Positions 51,251 through 63,338 of a stretch of DNA of 64,000 bases are shown here, piece after piece (within the stretch, counting starts at the first letter, position 1; each line of letters begins with the position of its first letter). The DNA is taken from contig NC_043005.1 in assembly GCF_006345805.1 (NCBI RefSeq), positions 86,056,001 through 86,120,000 on the forward strand, read 5' to 3'. The notes under the pieces are model-generated. The model saw only the letters and a program-made list of their open reading frames with translations, made no database searches and was not told the DNA's origin. This stretch comes from Octopus sinensis (taxonomy: Eukaryota). A program made the translations under genes and the position numbers.

Positions 51251-52780
51251 CTTCAACTTTTTAACACCCTCCTTAGAACCCTTCCTGGTCCTTATACGGC
51301 TAAGCAATACCCACAATAATTGCCTTGTTCTTTTTTCTACAAGGGTGTAAGTTATTCTAGCCACAATAAAATGGTGACACTGGATGGTCACATCCGACAA
51401 GATCTAGAGCATTTCATAAGTTTTGTAGCCTTTTTCCCCAGTGTAACAAAACTTTATCGCATAACGAGCTTCTAAATAGCTTCCCCGTTCGACTGTTACC
51501 GCAAGCAGTCGGCTGTGATGATCAGTCTTTAGTAAGGAGTGTTCAAAGTACCGTTACAGCCAATATCAATCTGCAATGACAAAAGTTGGCAGGTTAGCTT
51601 ATTTGATATCCAACAATGATACACTAAAATTACAATAGTCTAGAAACGGTTATTTACTGCTTCTCCTAAGAATGTCTCAAAGCTTTCGGAACCTACCTCA
51701 TTACCATTGTTAATGGTATTTTATTTAGAGAATGAAAGTATCACACAGTCGAATTGGATAATAATTGTAAAAGCAATCGTTATTACGCTTGTGTTAAGTA
51801 TGTCTCTATGTAACGATTTGGGTGTAAATATGCAAAGCTGCACATATATACTCCTGGCGTAAACTACAGCACCGAAATATTGCATTCGGTATAAAGGAAA
51901 ATAAATAATTTAGGAAAAATTACCAATTAATAGCTCTGTGAGTCCAACATCGTAATGCTTATTGAGAAGCAATATATGTAGCTTGGCATTTGGATACAGC
52001 AAGAGAATTGTTATATTAAAATAACAGCAATGCCTAAAGAAAAGCAAATGGAGACTGAGCAATATCAGAATAATGGTAGACGAATAAAGAAGAAAAATAA
52101 AAGGAAACATTAAACCATATAGGGAATGTTAGAAATTAATTATAGTGAAAAAGAAAACAGGTTTACTTAAGGGAAAAACAACAGAAACAGTGTTAAAAAT
52201 ACTCCACTTAATTACTAAATTTGTGACTGGAAAAATATGAGCATCGTAATGAAAATGAGATAATAAAATATCTCCCTGTAGCTGGTATCCTGTCGAACAG
52301 GACAGAACAGAAGTGAGCTAATTTAAAAGGGAACAATGACTTAAAAGCTTTGTACTGAAGACATAAAGGGGACACTATGAGTTTTACTGCAGCAGATGAA
52401 TGAACAGACATAAAGGAATTAGCAAAATAAGGATTACAACAACTTTGGTCGATGTAATCAATATAAGAATCCATTGATCATATGATTTCTGGCTTTCGAA
52501 TCCATACAAAGGAGAAAATATCAGCGGATATGATTTGATAGGCTGGCATAATCATCGAGTCGTATGTAGACATTAACACATCGACAATGAGCATACATTT
52601 GCGTAATGATATTCTAAATCGAATGCGTGTGTATGGACGGGTTGATATGGGAAAGGAAATCATTCTACTCAAATGCCATATAGAAGGATCTAATAAAGAT
52701 TATGCAGCTTGGGTATATATGTATGTATATGAATATGTATGTATATGTGTGTGTGTGTATGTGTGTGTGTGTGTGTATTG

Positions 52781-53158
52781 TGGCACTCCGTCGGTCACGA
52801 CGACGAGGGTTCCAGTTAATTCGATCAACGGAATAGCCTGCTTATGAAATTAACGTGCAAGTGGCTGAGCACTCCAAAGACACGTGTACCTTTAGTGTAG
52901 TTCTCGGGGAGATTCAGAATGACACAGAACGTGACAAGGCTGGCCCTTTTGAAATCCAGGTACAACAGAAAGAGGAAGAAAGAGTGAGAAAAAGTTGTGG
53001 TGAAAGAATACAGCAGGGTTCGCCACCACACTCTCCCGGAGACTCGTGGAGCTTTAGATGTTTTGGTTCAATAAGCACTCACATCGGCCGGTATGGGAAT
53101 CGAAACCGCGATCCTATTACCGCGAGTCCGCGACCTTAACCACTGGGCTATTGCGCCT
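52781..53158 (-). mobile_element. SINE family B with a third tail type
   Basis: Same head and body as 41002-41376; tail ...GGAACCCTCGTCGTCGTGACCGACGGAGTGCCAC. Confidence 0.8.
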
Positions 53159-53195
53159 ACACACACACACAAAGATATATATATGTATATATATG

Positions 53196-53255
<60 letters not shown>

Positions 53256-53256
<1 letters not shown>

Positions 53257-53718
53257 ATAATAAATCTCTGAGCGAGGTATAAACAGTAACTGCTCTTTAA
53301 GCACCCCCACTACCCCGCCCTGTCCCTAGCCACATTCAGATGGCTGATCCCGCTTATATTAAAGAGAAGTTACTGTTATACCTCGCTCAGAGATTTATTA
53401 TTGTTTTCGAACAGATTTTCTACGCCAGTGCCTGTGGTTACTGTGAAAATCTATATATATCTGGCCTGTACAGGAAGTCCCTCAACGAGGAACGGTGCTT
53501 GCCATGCGCTGACGAGAGGCGATTACCTCGAAACCGGTCCGTGTGTAGCATCCGTATCTTCGGGGAGGCTGATCTCCCTTTGCAGGCCAGCAAGGACACC
53601 GTGATGGTGTCGGCTCTTCTGGTGACGTCAATAGTCGCCTGGGGCTAAATGCATCAGTAACACCCCCACCACCCCACCCTGTCCCTAGCCACATTCAGAT
53701 GGCTGATCCCGCTTATAT
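53256..53718 (+). mobile_element. Penelope pLTR/retrozyme-like unit with direct and inverted repeats
   Basis: Direct repeats 53302-53359 and 53661-53718; inverted repeats 53256-53300 and 53359-53402; internal hammerhead. Confidence 0.75.
53504..53544 (+). ncRNA. Minimal type I hammerhead ribozyme
   Basis: ATGCG-CTGACGA-GAGG-cgatta-CCTC-GAAACCG-GTC-CGTGT; canonical core, palindromic stem III ACCGGT, GUC triplet. Confidence 0.8.
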
Positions 53719-53723
53719 ATATT

Positions 53724-53763
<40 letters not shown>

Positions 53764-54129
53764 ACAGAAAAGGAAGCAGGAAACTGATTATTTGATTCTG
53801 TCCGAAAAATTTGTAATAGGAGGTTTATCCGATGTGTACAGCATTTTGATTCCAATTAGGAAATGAAAAATATACAATGGTGAATAAATGATACCCTAAA
53901 TTGTCAAACTCCCTGTTTCGTCGTATAATAAATCTTCGAACAATATTCCCAGCTGTTTCAACTATAGGCTACACTTAACAACAATACAACAATGACAACA
54001 ACACACTAAATTGTAACATTCGAATAAGCAGTTGCGTTTCAAGAAGATACACCATGGATTTTATCTCACCTACACGAATTATACCCACGCATATATATAT
54101 ATATAAATTTAAAGTATTAAATAGGTAAT

Positions 54130-54254
54130 AGGCACCGGAGTGGCTCTGTGGTAAGTAGCTTGCTTACCACCCACATGGTTCCGGGTTGAGTCCTACTACG
54201 TGGCACCTTGGCCAAGTGCCTTCTACTATAGCCACGGGCCGACCACAGAGGCCC

Positions 54255-54309
<55 letters not shown>

Positions 54310-54508
54310 CATATATATATTTGTGTGTCTGTGTTTGTCCTCTTCACATCGCTTGACAGCCGATGCTGGTATGTTTACGTCCCCATAACTTTGCCGTTCG
54401 GCAAATGAGACCGATAGAATAAGTACTAGACTTACAAAGCATAAGTCCTGGGGTCGATTTGCTCGACTAAAGGCGGTGCTCCAGCAAATGACTGAAATAA
54501 ATAAAAGA
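54130..54508 (+). mobile_element. SINE family C copy
   Basis: Full head, (TA)n, body and tail GGCGGTGCTCCAGCAAATGACTGAAATAAATAAAAG. Confidence 0.85.
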
Positions 54509-54859
54509 ATTTCTCATAATAAAGTCACAGATTCCTATATTTTGGTTGGTCCTTTTATTATCAAACTTGTGGGGATTGAGTAAATGAATGAAAATATGTT
54601 TCTTCAGCTTCATGTGGAAGAAACATTTAACACAAAATCTTATTATCGCTCATACAGAGGAAGTGCGTTGATCTTTTAGAGATAGCAACAGCAATGATTG
54701 CTTACAAGGTGAGAGATACTGCTTTGAGTTTACAACAAGCTATTGGCACGGCAACCCCTAGTCGGGCACCAACAGAACTGGAAATAATCCTGTTATATTC
54801 GTGGTGACGGACCTTCCTGTCATCTATATGAACCATCTGTCGCAGCTGACTTCTCGAGT

Positions 54860-54955
54860 TGTCTTGCTGTCAAAAATGTGCAGCCAACGGCTTTTATACG
54901 GGACCGGAAGTAAAATTCTAGAATGTGCGTGAAAATGTCAACGCTGATTGGTTGG
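54860..54955 (-). promoter_or_regulatory. Pol II core-promoter-like cluster (CCAAT, ETS, TATA)
   Basis: Minus strand CCAATC, ACTTCCGG and TATAAAAG (54898-54891) in promoter order. Confidence 0.35.
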
Positions 54956-55016
54956 TTAATAGACCAACCATGTAAAACAGTAATAGTTAGCTGAATAGTC
55001 CTATGGAACTGAGAAT

Positions 55017-55125
55017 GGAGAATGAAGTAAACGGTAAATCAAAGCTATGCATATGTATATGATGCAATGTGGCAGGTGATTTTCATTAGACATTTAATCG
55101 CACCTCGTACAAACATCTATAAAAT
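55017..55125. repeat. ~110-bp inverted duplication, copy 1 (partner at 56123-56233)
   Basis: Near-identical reverse complement with only a few differences. Confidence 0.9.
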
Positions 55126-55127
55126 AT

Positions 55128-55850
55128 GAATTTTGCTAGAACTGACAGTGCCATGGGAAGAGAACATCAGCAATGCAGAGGAACGGAAGGAGAAGAGGTA
55201 CGAAAAACTAATCGAAGAGTGCAGAGAACAGGGATGGAATGTCGAGTATTACCACTTGGCAGTGGGGGCTAGGGGCTTCATTGAAAGAAAAATGACAAAC
55301 TTATTCAAAAGAAGATTTGTTTTTTACTAGCTCGGAGCCGCGAAAACTAATAAGGATAGTACAGGAGGCGGTCGAAAACGCCAGCATCTATTAATGGCTG
55401 AAGTGGGAAGACCGAAAATGGCTTGATAGTCATATCATGCCGGCGGAAAATAATATCACTAGATGAGACAAGCTGACATTGAATTAGCTTCGCTGACTGA
55501 CAGGTGAGGACCGGTTAGAGAATGCGTGCGCTAAGACTACGCGCTTTCATTGGTCAGTTAAAGTTGAGACAGTGTCACGTGACAACTTGATGGGGCTGCC
55601 TGCTGAAGCCTTGCGGCAGGTATTTAAAGGGAAAAAATTGACAAGTCAGTCATTCACCGGCTGACATTCGCTGACATTCGCTGACGATACATCGAAGAGG
55701 CCAGGGAACAGAAGAAAGAATAAGGAAGACATGCACCCAACACCAGAGCTGAAGACACCTCCGAAAGGAGTGGGGACGTCAAAACGGTAGAGGAGTAGGG
55801 GCCGAAACCGGACGTGGCTTCACCTGATGATGTCTTGAGCTAACTGGATC
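55128..55850 (+). mobile_element. 3' fragment of a restriction-like-endonuclease LINE (Hero-like)
   Basis: LELTVPWEENISNAEERKEKRYEKL...CREQGW...AVGARGF, followed by a GC-richer putative 3' UTR. Confidence 0.8.
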
Positions 55851-56122
55851 CTATAAAGGAGCTGTTGTGGTAGCAGACCACGAAACACGGTTGAAATTGT
55901 CGCGTATCCACAGATTCAGCTTCCATTCCCCGCTATAGATCCCCAAAACAAGAAATAAGTCTGTATCGTAATAGTAACAGAAGACATTTGTCAATGTTAC
56001 TGATGTAAGAGACCAATAATCTGCTGTTCATGTCTCGAAATGTTGCGCTTCTTGTCTCGAGCTATATGTCTTTTCCAATTACAGTCAAGAATCACACGAC
56101 AAGCTGCTTGGTAGACCCCTAC

Positions 56123-56233
56123 ATTTTGTAGATATTTGTACGAGGTGCGATTGAATGTCTAATGAAAATCACCTGCCACATTGCATCATATACATATGCA
56201 TAGCTTTGATTTACCGTTTACTTCATCTTCTCC
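56123..56233. repeat. ~110-bp inverted duplication, copy 2
   Basis: Reverse complement of 55017-55125. Confidence 0.9.
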
Positions 56234-56262
56234 GTTTTGATATTGATGCGGCTCATTGTAAA

Positions 56263-56347
56263 ATGATGATGACGACGACGGACGACGACGATGACGACAA
56301 CGATGATGATGATGATAATGATGATGAAGATGATGATGACGATGATG

Positions 56348-56382
<35 letters not shown>

Positions 56383-56449
56383 AATAATAATAATGATAAT
56401 AATGATAATAATGATAATGATAATGATAATAATAATCATAATAATGATA

Positions 56450-56496
<47 letters not shown>

Positions 56497-56500
56497 AATG

Positions 56501-56539
<39 letters not shown>

Positions 56540-56590
56540 TAATAATATAATAATAATAATAATAATGATAATAACAATAATAATGATTAT
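56263..56590. repeat. (GAT/GAC/AAT)n compound microsatellite
   Basis: Direct inspection. Confidence 0.95.
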
Positions 56591-56939
56591 GGTGTCCATT
56601 GCAACTGCTCATATTTTATGAAAATTACTATGTAATTCCAAAAGCATATTAATCTCTAAATATATCAGAAGTACTATTAAATGTACTTAAGAGCAAACAC
56701 CGTTTACTGTTATCTCAAGATCGCATTATCATCTTATCACCAAACCACTTTCAAATGAACTTTTAATTTTCTTATATTTTGACAGACATTCTCAGGACAA
56801 CACTTCGTACAAATCCAAAAACATGATAGTTATCAACCATACAAGTCATAATATTGACTTGAATTCAGAACATGGCAACGGGCGAAATACTGCTAAAGCA
56901 TTTCGTCCAGAGTGCTAATGATTCTCCCAGCTCGCCGTC

Positions 56940-56988
<49 letters not shown>

Positions 56989-57041
56989 CAACAACAACAA
57001 CAATAAAAAATAAAAATAAAAATAATAATAATAATAATAAC

Positions 57042-57100
<59 letters not shown>

Positions 57101-57111
57101 AAATGATAATG

Positions 57112-57142
<31 letters not shown>

Positions 57143-57175
57143 AAATGATAATGATAATAATAATAATAATAATAA

Positions 57176-58283
57176 TTTTTTCCATTGAGTCTACTTCCCA
57201 TAAGTAACTTGGTCCTTCTAAAATGTTCTCGCCTAAAGCTTGTTTTTCCATTTAACCTTCCTTGCTTTTGTCCTATTCTAAAATCCCCAGATATTTATAT
57301 CCACTTGCCTCAATAACCCTGAGTTTCTCGCCGTCAGGCGATATTACTTTGCTACTTTGTATTATAAGCATAGCATTCTTTTTAGTGCTAAATTCCATTC
57401 CATCATCCTTACTGAATATCTTCTCTATTGAATCTAGGTTATTTATTTCCCGATATCTGCAATGTAGAAACTAGGTCATTTATTTCACGGTATTTGCACT
57501 GTTGCTATTAGGCCATTTATTTCACGATATCTGTACTGTTTGACAGACTTGCTTGTCGCTGTTAGAATTAACAATAAAATACCTACCGAAAATGTGATGC
57601 ACCCACAAGCATTTAACAAACAAGATGAAGAATAAAGAGTAAGCAACTGGAAAATGTAACCACTGCACAGTAAATACCTCAAAGAAATCAAAGGAAAAGA
57701 CAAGATCAACAATTGGAAATGGATATGAAGAAGTGATCTGAAAGGATGCACTGGGGCAATGATATGTAGCGCTCAAGAACAAGCTCTGATAACTAATTAC
57801 ACCAAGTTTCAAATAGATAAGAGTAGCTAATCGCCTTTTGTAGGATGTGTGGCAGAGGAAACAAAACACTCTCACATATTGAAAGTGAGTGTATCAAGCT
57901 GGCCCCAAAGCACGACAAAAGGAAACACGATAACGTGGCTAAGTTCGTCCACTTGAGGCTATGTGCAAAGTACGGGCTGAACAGAGGACGGAAATGTTAC
58001 GAACATGAAACAGAAGGAGTTATTGAGAACAAGGAACATAAGATACTGTGGGATTTTACAATCCAATGTGACTCCCTAATCAAAGTTCGGAGATCAGATA
58101 ATGTTGTGGTAGATAAAGGAAAAAAGGAAACGAAGTTCATAGATATTGCAACACCTGAAGATGCACGCATTGGTGACAAAGAAACGATTGAAAAATACAG
58201 ACTACTAAAAGACGAAATTGCAAGAATCTACCTGAAAAAACAAAACAAACAACAAAAAAACAAAGCGGAATGTTCTGAGAAGT
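57176..58283 (+). mobile_element. Decayed R4/Dong-clade LINE with inverted 5' segment, flanked by (TAA)n
   Basis: Plus strand: AQEQAL, CRMC...SHIESEC, KHDNVAKFVH, KILWDFTIQCD...RRSDNVVVDK...IDIA; minus strand 57176-57480: FSKDDGMEFS, GYKYLGILE. Confidence 0.82.
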
Positions 58284-58285
58284 AA

Positions 58286-58318
<33 letters not shown>

Positions 58319-59389
58319 TTCGATATAGGATGTATTATCCATAGGGATAATACATCACAAGGGGTAATATGGATCAAAACGATTAGTACAACTATAAAGA
58401 TAGAACGCCAACAAAAATCACTTTGTTGGGGAATTTAATTTACAGATGGAGTATTTCCTTTAGAAAGGGTTTATCAGTCTCAAAAGTATAAAAGACTAAG
58501 TTGACCACGGCAGGATTTGGACTCAGCACGTCAGGTGTCGGAAGAAATTATTTAAAAAATATATAATGACGAATGATGAAGAGACACCTCAAAACGACGA
58601 GTTCGGTGTGAGTGAACAGAGCAGAAGGGAGCAAAACTGAACGGAGGAAATGGCATAAAATCTTCCTATAAATGCAAATACGAAAAGATTCTTTTTAGGT
58701 CAGTCACAAAGAAATTATCAAAATAACAGTGATATAAACCACAATCGATGTGATCAATAGAAGATAACATTGACCATATTTTTTTTTGTTCGGTTTTCCT
58801 GTGCATTCAAAGAAGAAAATAGCCTGATGTGATATGATAGGTAGCAATAACGATCGTATAGTGTTCAATCAGTTATGTATCAAAACTGAAACTGAATTCA
58901 ATGAGAATATTTCCCGTCGTTATAATAACGATGTCCTAGAGGAAGCTGATGCGAACAAATACGGAGATCAAATCAATCCGACTCGATAAAATTATGAAAT
59001 TCAGAAATGAAAGCTTATGCAAGCTAATAGACTGTTATATTCTCTATAACCAATATATCAACCGGAAAGTTATAAAATTATATCGAAGTTCTCGATATGG
59101 AAATATGTACGATGGGGACATGATAATGAAAAAGGGGTAGTCATATCATTTGATGTATTGTGTAGGAGAAAGAGTAGCATGAACCAAATTATAAAGATTA
59201 TTATGAAGCAAATTGGATACAAAATGCTAAAATATCCCACGCTCGGGAAAGACATCGGAAAACAGCAAAGAATAACTTGTGGTGTCGTAGAAAATTATAT
59301 GAAAACATATTGCAAATGCAGAATAATATAAATAATTAATGATAATAATTTTGGTACAAAAGAACATTCAGAACCAGAGATAAGGAAAA

Positions 59390-60020
59390 CATGATGGTCC
59401 TCTGGCGGACATTCGTCCTCAGCCGCCTGAATTACTGCTCACAGCTATGGTCACCCACCAGTGTGTGAAATTAACAGCGGACCTTAAAGCAATCCAGAGA
59501 AAATTCACAAAGAAGATCGTCTCTTTGCAACAGCTCAGCTACTGGGAAAGGTTGAAACAGCTAAGACTGTACTCCCAGGAGAGAAAACGGGAGAGGTATG
59601 CAGTAATATATATATGGAAGATCCTGGAAAGAATTGTGCCAAATTTTGGTATTGAAAGCTACACCAGAGCCAGAACGGGACGACACTGCATAGTGCCAAA
59701 GGTCCCAGCAATGCCATACGCTTCAGGACCAGTTACTGCAACAGCCTGGGTTTCAAGGGCTCATAGCTTTTTAATATTCTCCCAAAGAGTCTGAGAAACT
59801 TGCACAAAGTAGATGTAGGGTTTTTTAAATTAAAGCTGGACCTCTTCCTGTCGAGAGCTCCAGATGAACCTACCTCACGGAAAGAGGTGCAAATGAGGGT
59901 AGCTATATTAAACTCCATTCTTCACCAAATGCCCCATAATACAGGAGGCTCTTAGTAATAACAGTGTAGCAAAACTGTGGTGCATCAGCATGGCCGCAGC
60001 TCTGAGCTGAAATTAAAAGA
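59390..60020 (+). mobile_element. CR1-group LINE 3' fragment
   Basis: VLSRLNYCSQLWSP, AIQRKFTK...LSYWERLKQLRLYS.ERKRER, LFNILPKSLRN, FKLKLDLFL...PDEP; 3' end GGTGCATCAGCATGGCCGCAGCTCTGAGCTGAAA. Confidence 0.85.
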
Positions 60021-60039
60021 GAGAAAAATGCCAAGGCCA

Positions 60040-60240
60040 GCAATAGCAATTTCGTGGATGTGGGCTAAGTCAGTTGCATCGATCCCAGTGTTCCACTTAT
60101 CTTATGATACTTATTTTATCGAATCGGATTAGATGAAGAGCAAAGTGAACCTCGGTTGAAGCTGAAATAAGAACGTGAAGACACACAGAATACCTCTAAG
60201 CCTTTTGTCCGACCTGCTGACGATTCTCTCAGCTCACCAA
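60040..60240 (-). mobile_element. Degraded SINE family A copy
   Basis: ATCGATCCCAGTG...GATGAAGAGCAAAGTGAACCTCGG...GATTCTCTCAGCTCACC. Confidence 0.6.
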
Positions 60241-60837
60241 TTCCAGCTAATAACGGAGTCGACTCTAAAGTTGATACTCAGGAGTTGACCAGAGAGCTGA
60301 AGAGATTGTAAAAGACTAAGACAACAATGAATTCTACGGTAAATGGTGCAATTACAACAGCAGCCGAACTTAGAGACCGAACTGAGATACGCGTTATCGA
60401 CCTGTAGAAAATACCATCCTGTATTATTAATGAATCCTGCGAATGACTGGAATGTGAGGAGGCCTATTGTCACCTCTCCTCTAAGCCTGCATTCAGAGAC
60501 TAGTTTCTGAGTCTTTGCTCAGAAACATAAGGACACAGGAAATGTGTCAAGACCGACAGGAAGCGTTGCTGCTTCCTAGGATTAAATAACAGTAGTATGA
60601 TTCCCTTTATAGCACTGTCACATTAAGTTGACAGTAAACAACTACGTTATCGTACCACTAATGCATAATTCTCTCTGAAATATTTAGAAATGTATTATTT
60701 CTATTTACTACAAATAAAACAAACCAAGAATCTTTAATTTTTATTCCCCATTTCCTTTTATTGACTTTTGAATTGTATATATATGTATGTATGTATATAT
60801 ATGTATATATATGTATATATATGTATGCATATATATG

Positions 60838-61018
60838 GGGAGAATTCACAAAGAAAAAACAATAGACGAAGACAGGTGGTGTAGACAACAAACAGCTGTA
60901 TCAGTTTAACGCTCGGGAAGTGAAAAAGTCTCTAACGTTTAGAGCCTTCGCTCTTCAACAGGAACACATAAAGAAACAAGGAGAGAAAATAAAGAATGTG
61001 TAGTGGCTAGCGATCTAT
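60838..61018 (-). mobile_element. Penelope-derived repeat family D
   Basis: Homologous to 12824 and 27829. Confidence 0.65.
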
Positions 61019-61180
61019 GTATATATATATATATGTATATATATATATGTATATGTTTATATATATATGTATATATATATGTGTGTATATATATATATGT
61101 GTGTGTGTGTATATATATATACATATATTTATATATGTATATATATATGTGTGTATATATATATATAGATAGATAGATAT

Positions 61181-61770
61181 AGGCGCAGGTGTTACTTTGT
61201 GGTTAGGGGTTTGTTTCGCGACCGCATGGTTCTTGGTTTAGTACCAGTGCGAGGTATCTTAGACAAGTGACATCTACTATAACCTCGATCTGATCAAAGC
61301 CTTGTGAATTGATTAACTAGACGGAAGCTGAAAGAAGCCGGCCCTATATACATGTTAATGGCAAAGCATCGATGTTCATCGCTCCTGAATGACGAACGGA
61401 GCGACTTTTAATACTCGGCGCTTTATGAGAGTCATCTCACCACGTCAAATCGCAGCTTATCAGCGAACAAGCGGAGAGCGTATATTGTGTATGTGTTCGA
61501 TAACTTTTGCTAGACTGCAACTGCTTCTAATTGCTCTTTCAAGTTAATCCCACTTATACGTCTTCCCATACATACAGCATGGACAGGTTATCTTCACCGC
61601 GACAAATCGCAGGTATTTGTGTTTGTATGTGGTGTGTTTGTGTGTGTGTATATGTGTGTGTGTGTTTGACCCCTCACGCAGTTTGACAACCGGTGCTGTT
61701 GTGTTTACGTTCCCGTAAGATAGCGTCAAGAGACGGATAGAATAAGTACTAGGTTTAAAAACGTACTAAT
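61181..61770 (+). mobile_element. SINE family C copy with internal insertion
   Basis: AGGCGCAGGTG...GGAAGCTGAAAGAAGCC...TTGACAACCGGTGCTG...GATAGAATAAGTACTAGG. Confidence 0.7.
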
Positions 61771-61844
61771 GTAAGAAACATGAAAAAGATAACAGATAAT
61801 AGATGAATGTATATTTAAATACATGCTCTGTATACTATCCCAAT

Positions 61845-61876
<32 letters not shown>

Positions 61877-61965
61877 TTATATAGCGATATATATTGGGAT
61901 AGTATACAGAGTGTGTATAGTGATATCTTGCCAAACAACGATATCTTTGATATTTATATATATGC

Positions 61966-62012
<47 letters not shown>

Positions 62013-62211
62013 GCACACGCACATACATATATATATGTATATTGAAATACATGCACACACATATGCGTCTGTATATATATATATATATGCATGCGTGTGT
62101 GCGCGTTTGTATGTGTAGAGAGATGAACCTCCACTAATGGATTGCCGTTCAGACATTCGAGAAAGCAACATCGACAACCATAACAACAACAACAACGACG
62201 ACGACGACGAC

Positions 62212-62252
<41 letters not shown>

Positions 62253-63031
62253 ACATAAAATTAAATGATGACATGAGCGAAGAAGTATTCAAAACATACA
62301 AGTAATAAAACGTGAATACATAAATATTAATTAATTAAAAAGATAAATTTGAATGCTGTTCAAAATAGTGAATATTCACTGATATCTAAGCTGTTTTCTT
62401 ATTGATTCAATGATTTCTGTTTCTCTTTCAAGTCTTCGTAATTTTTTTCCTTTACTGATTAGCTTTTTTCGTGTTCATATTTTCTTCTTTTTCTTTTCGA
62501 TATGTGTTCATATTTTTTTTCATACGTATTTATCTCTATTATATATTATTGGTTTTCATTTTATGCTGGTGTGTGTGAGTATGCATCGGTAAGCGTGTGT
62601 GAGCGTGCATAATAACTCATTAATTTTAATCAGGCAATAGTAATTAATGATTAATATATCCATGTCTGACGGAAGTATACCGGGACAGCTAAAGTGTACG
62701 CATCAGTTTATTAGCAGCTGATGCCGTCCATTAGTCTATTTAACAGACCATGGCGCAATTACCATAATTCTTGCTCTCTCTTTAATATCCCCCGTCGATA
62801 GTTCGACTTTATTTCTATCCATATCACTCTCCAAGTACCTTATTATCTGTCTAAATCACTGTCGTGCTTTATATCATACCCGCTATCTACCTAGCTATAT
62901 AACAATATATCCCTGACAATATACAGAATATCACATACACACACACACAAACATATATAAATACCTACGTACACACATATATATGTACATATGTGTGTAT
63001 GTATCTGTATATATATATATATTTATATTAC

Positions 63032-63263
63032 AAGGCGGCGAGCTGGCAGAAGCGTTAGCAAGCCGGGCGAAATGCTTAGTGGTATTTCGTCCGTCGTAAC
63101 GTTCTGAGTTCAAATTCCGCTGAGGTCGACTTTGCCTTTCATCCTTTCGGGGTCGATAAATAAAGTACCAGTTTCGCACTGGGGTCAATGTAATCAACTT
63201 AATCCGTTTGTCTGTCCTTGTTTGTCCTCTTTATGTTTAGCCCCTTGTGGGTAGTAAAGAAAT
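63032..63263 (+). mobile_element. SINE family A, full length, with Tx1-like tail
   Basis: Complete head, body and tail ...TATGTTTAGCCCCTTGTGGGTAGTAAAGAAAT. Confidence 0.9.
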
Positions 63264-63303
63264 ATATATAATAATATTACACACACGCACACATGCATGT
63301 AAT

Positions 63304-63338
<35 letters not shown>

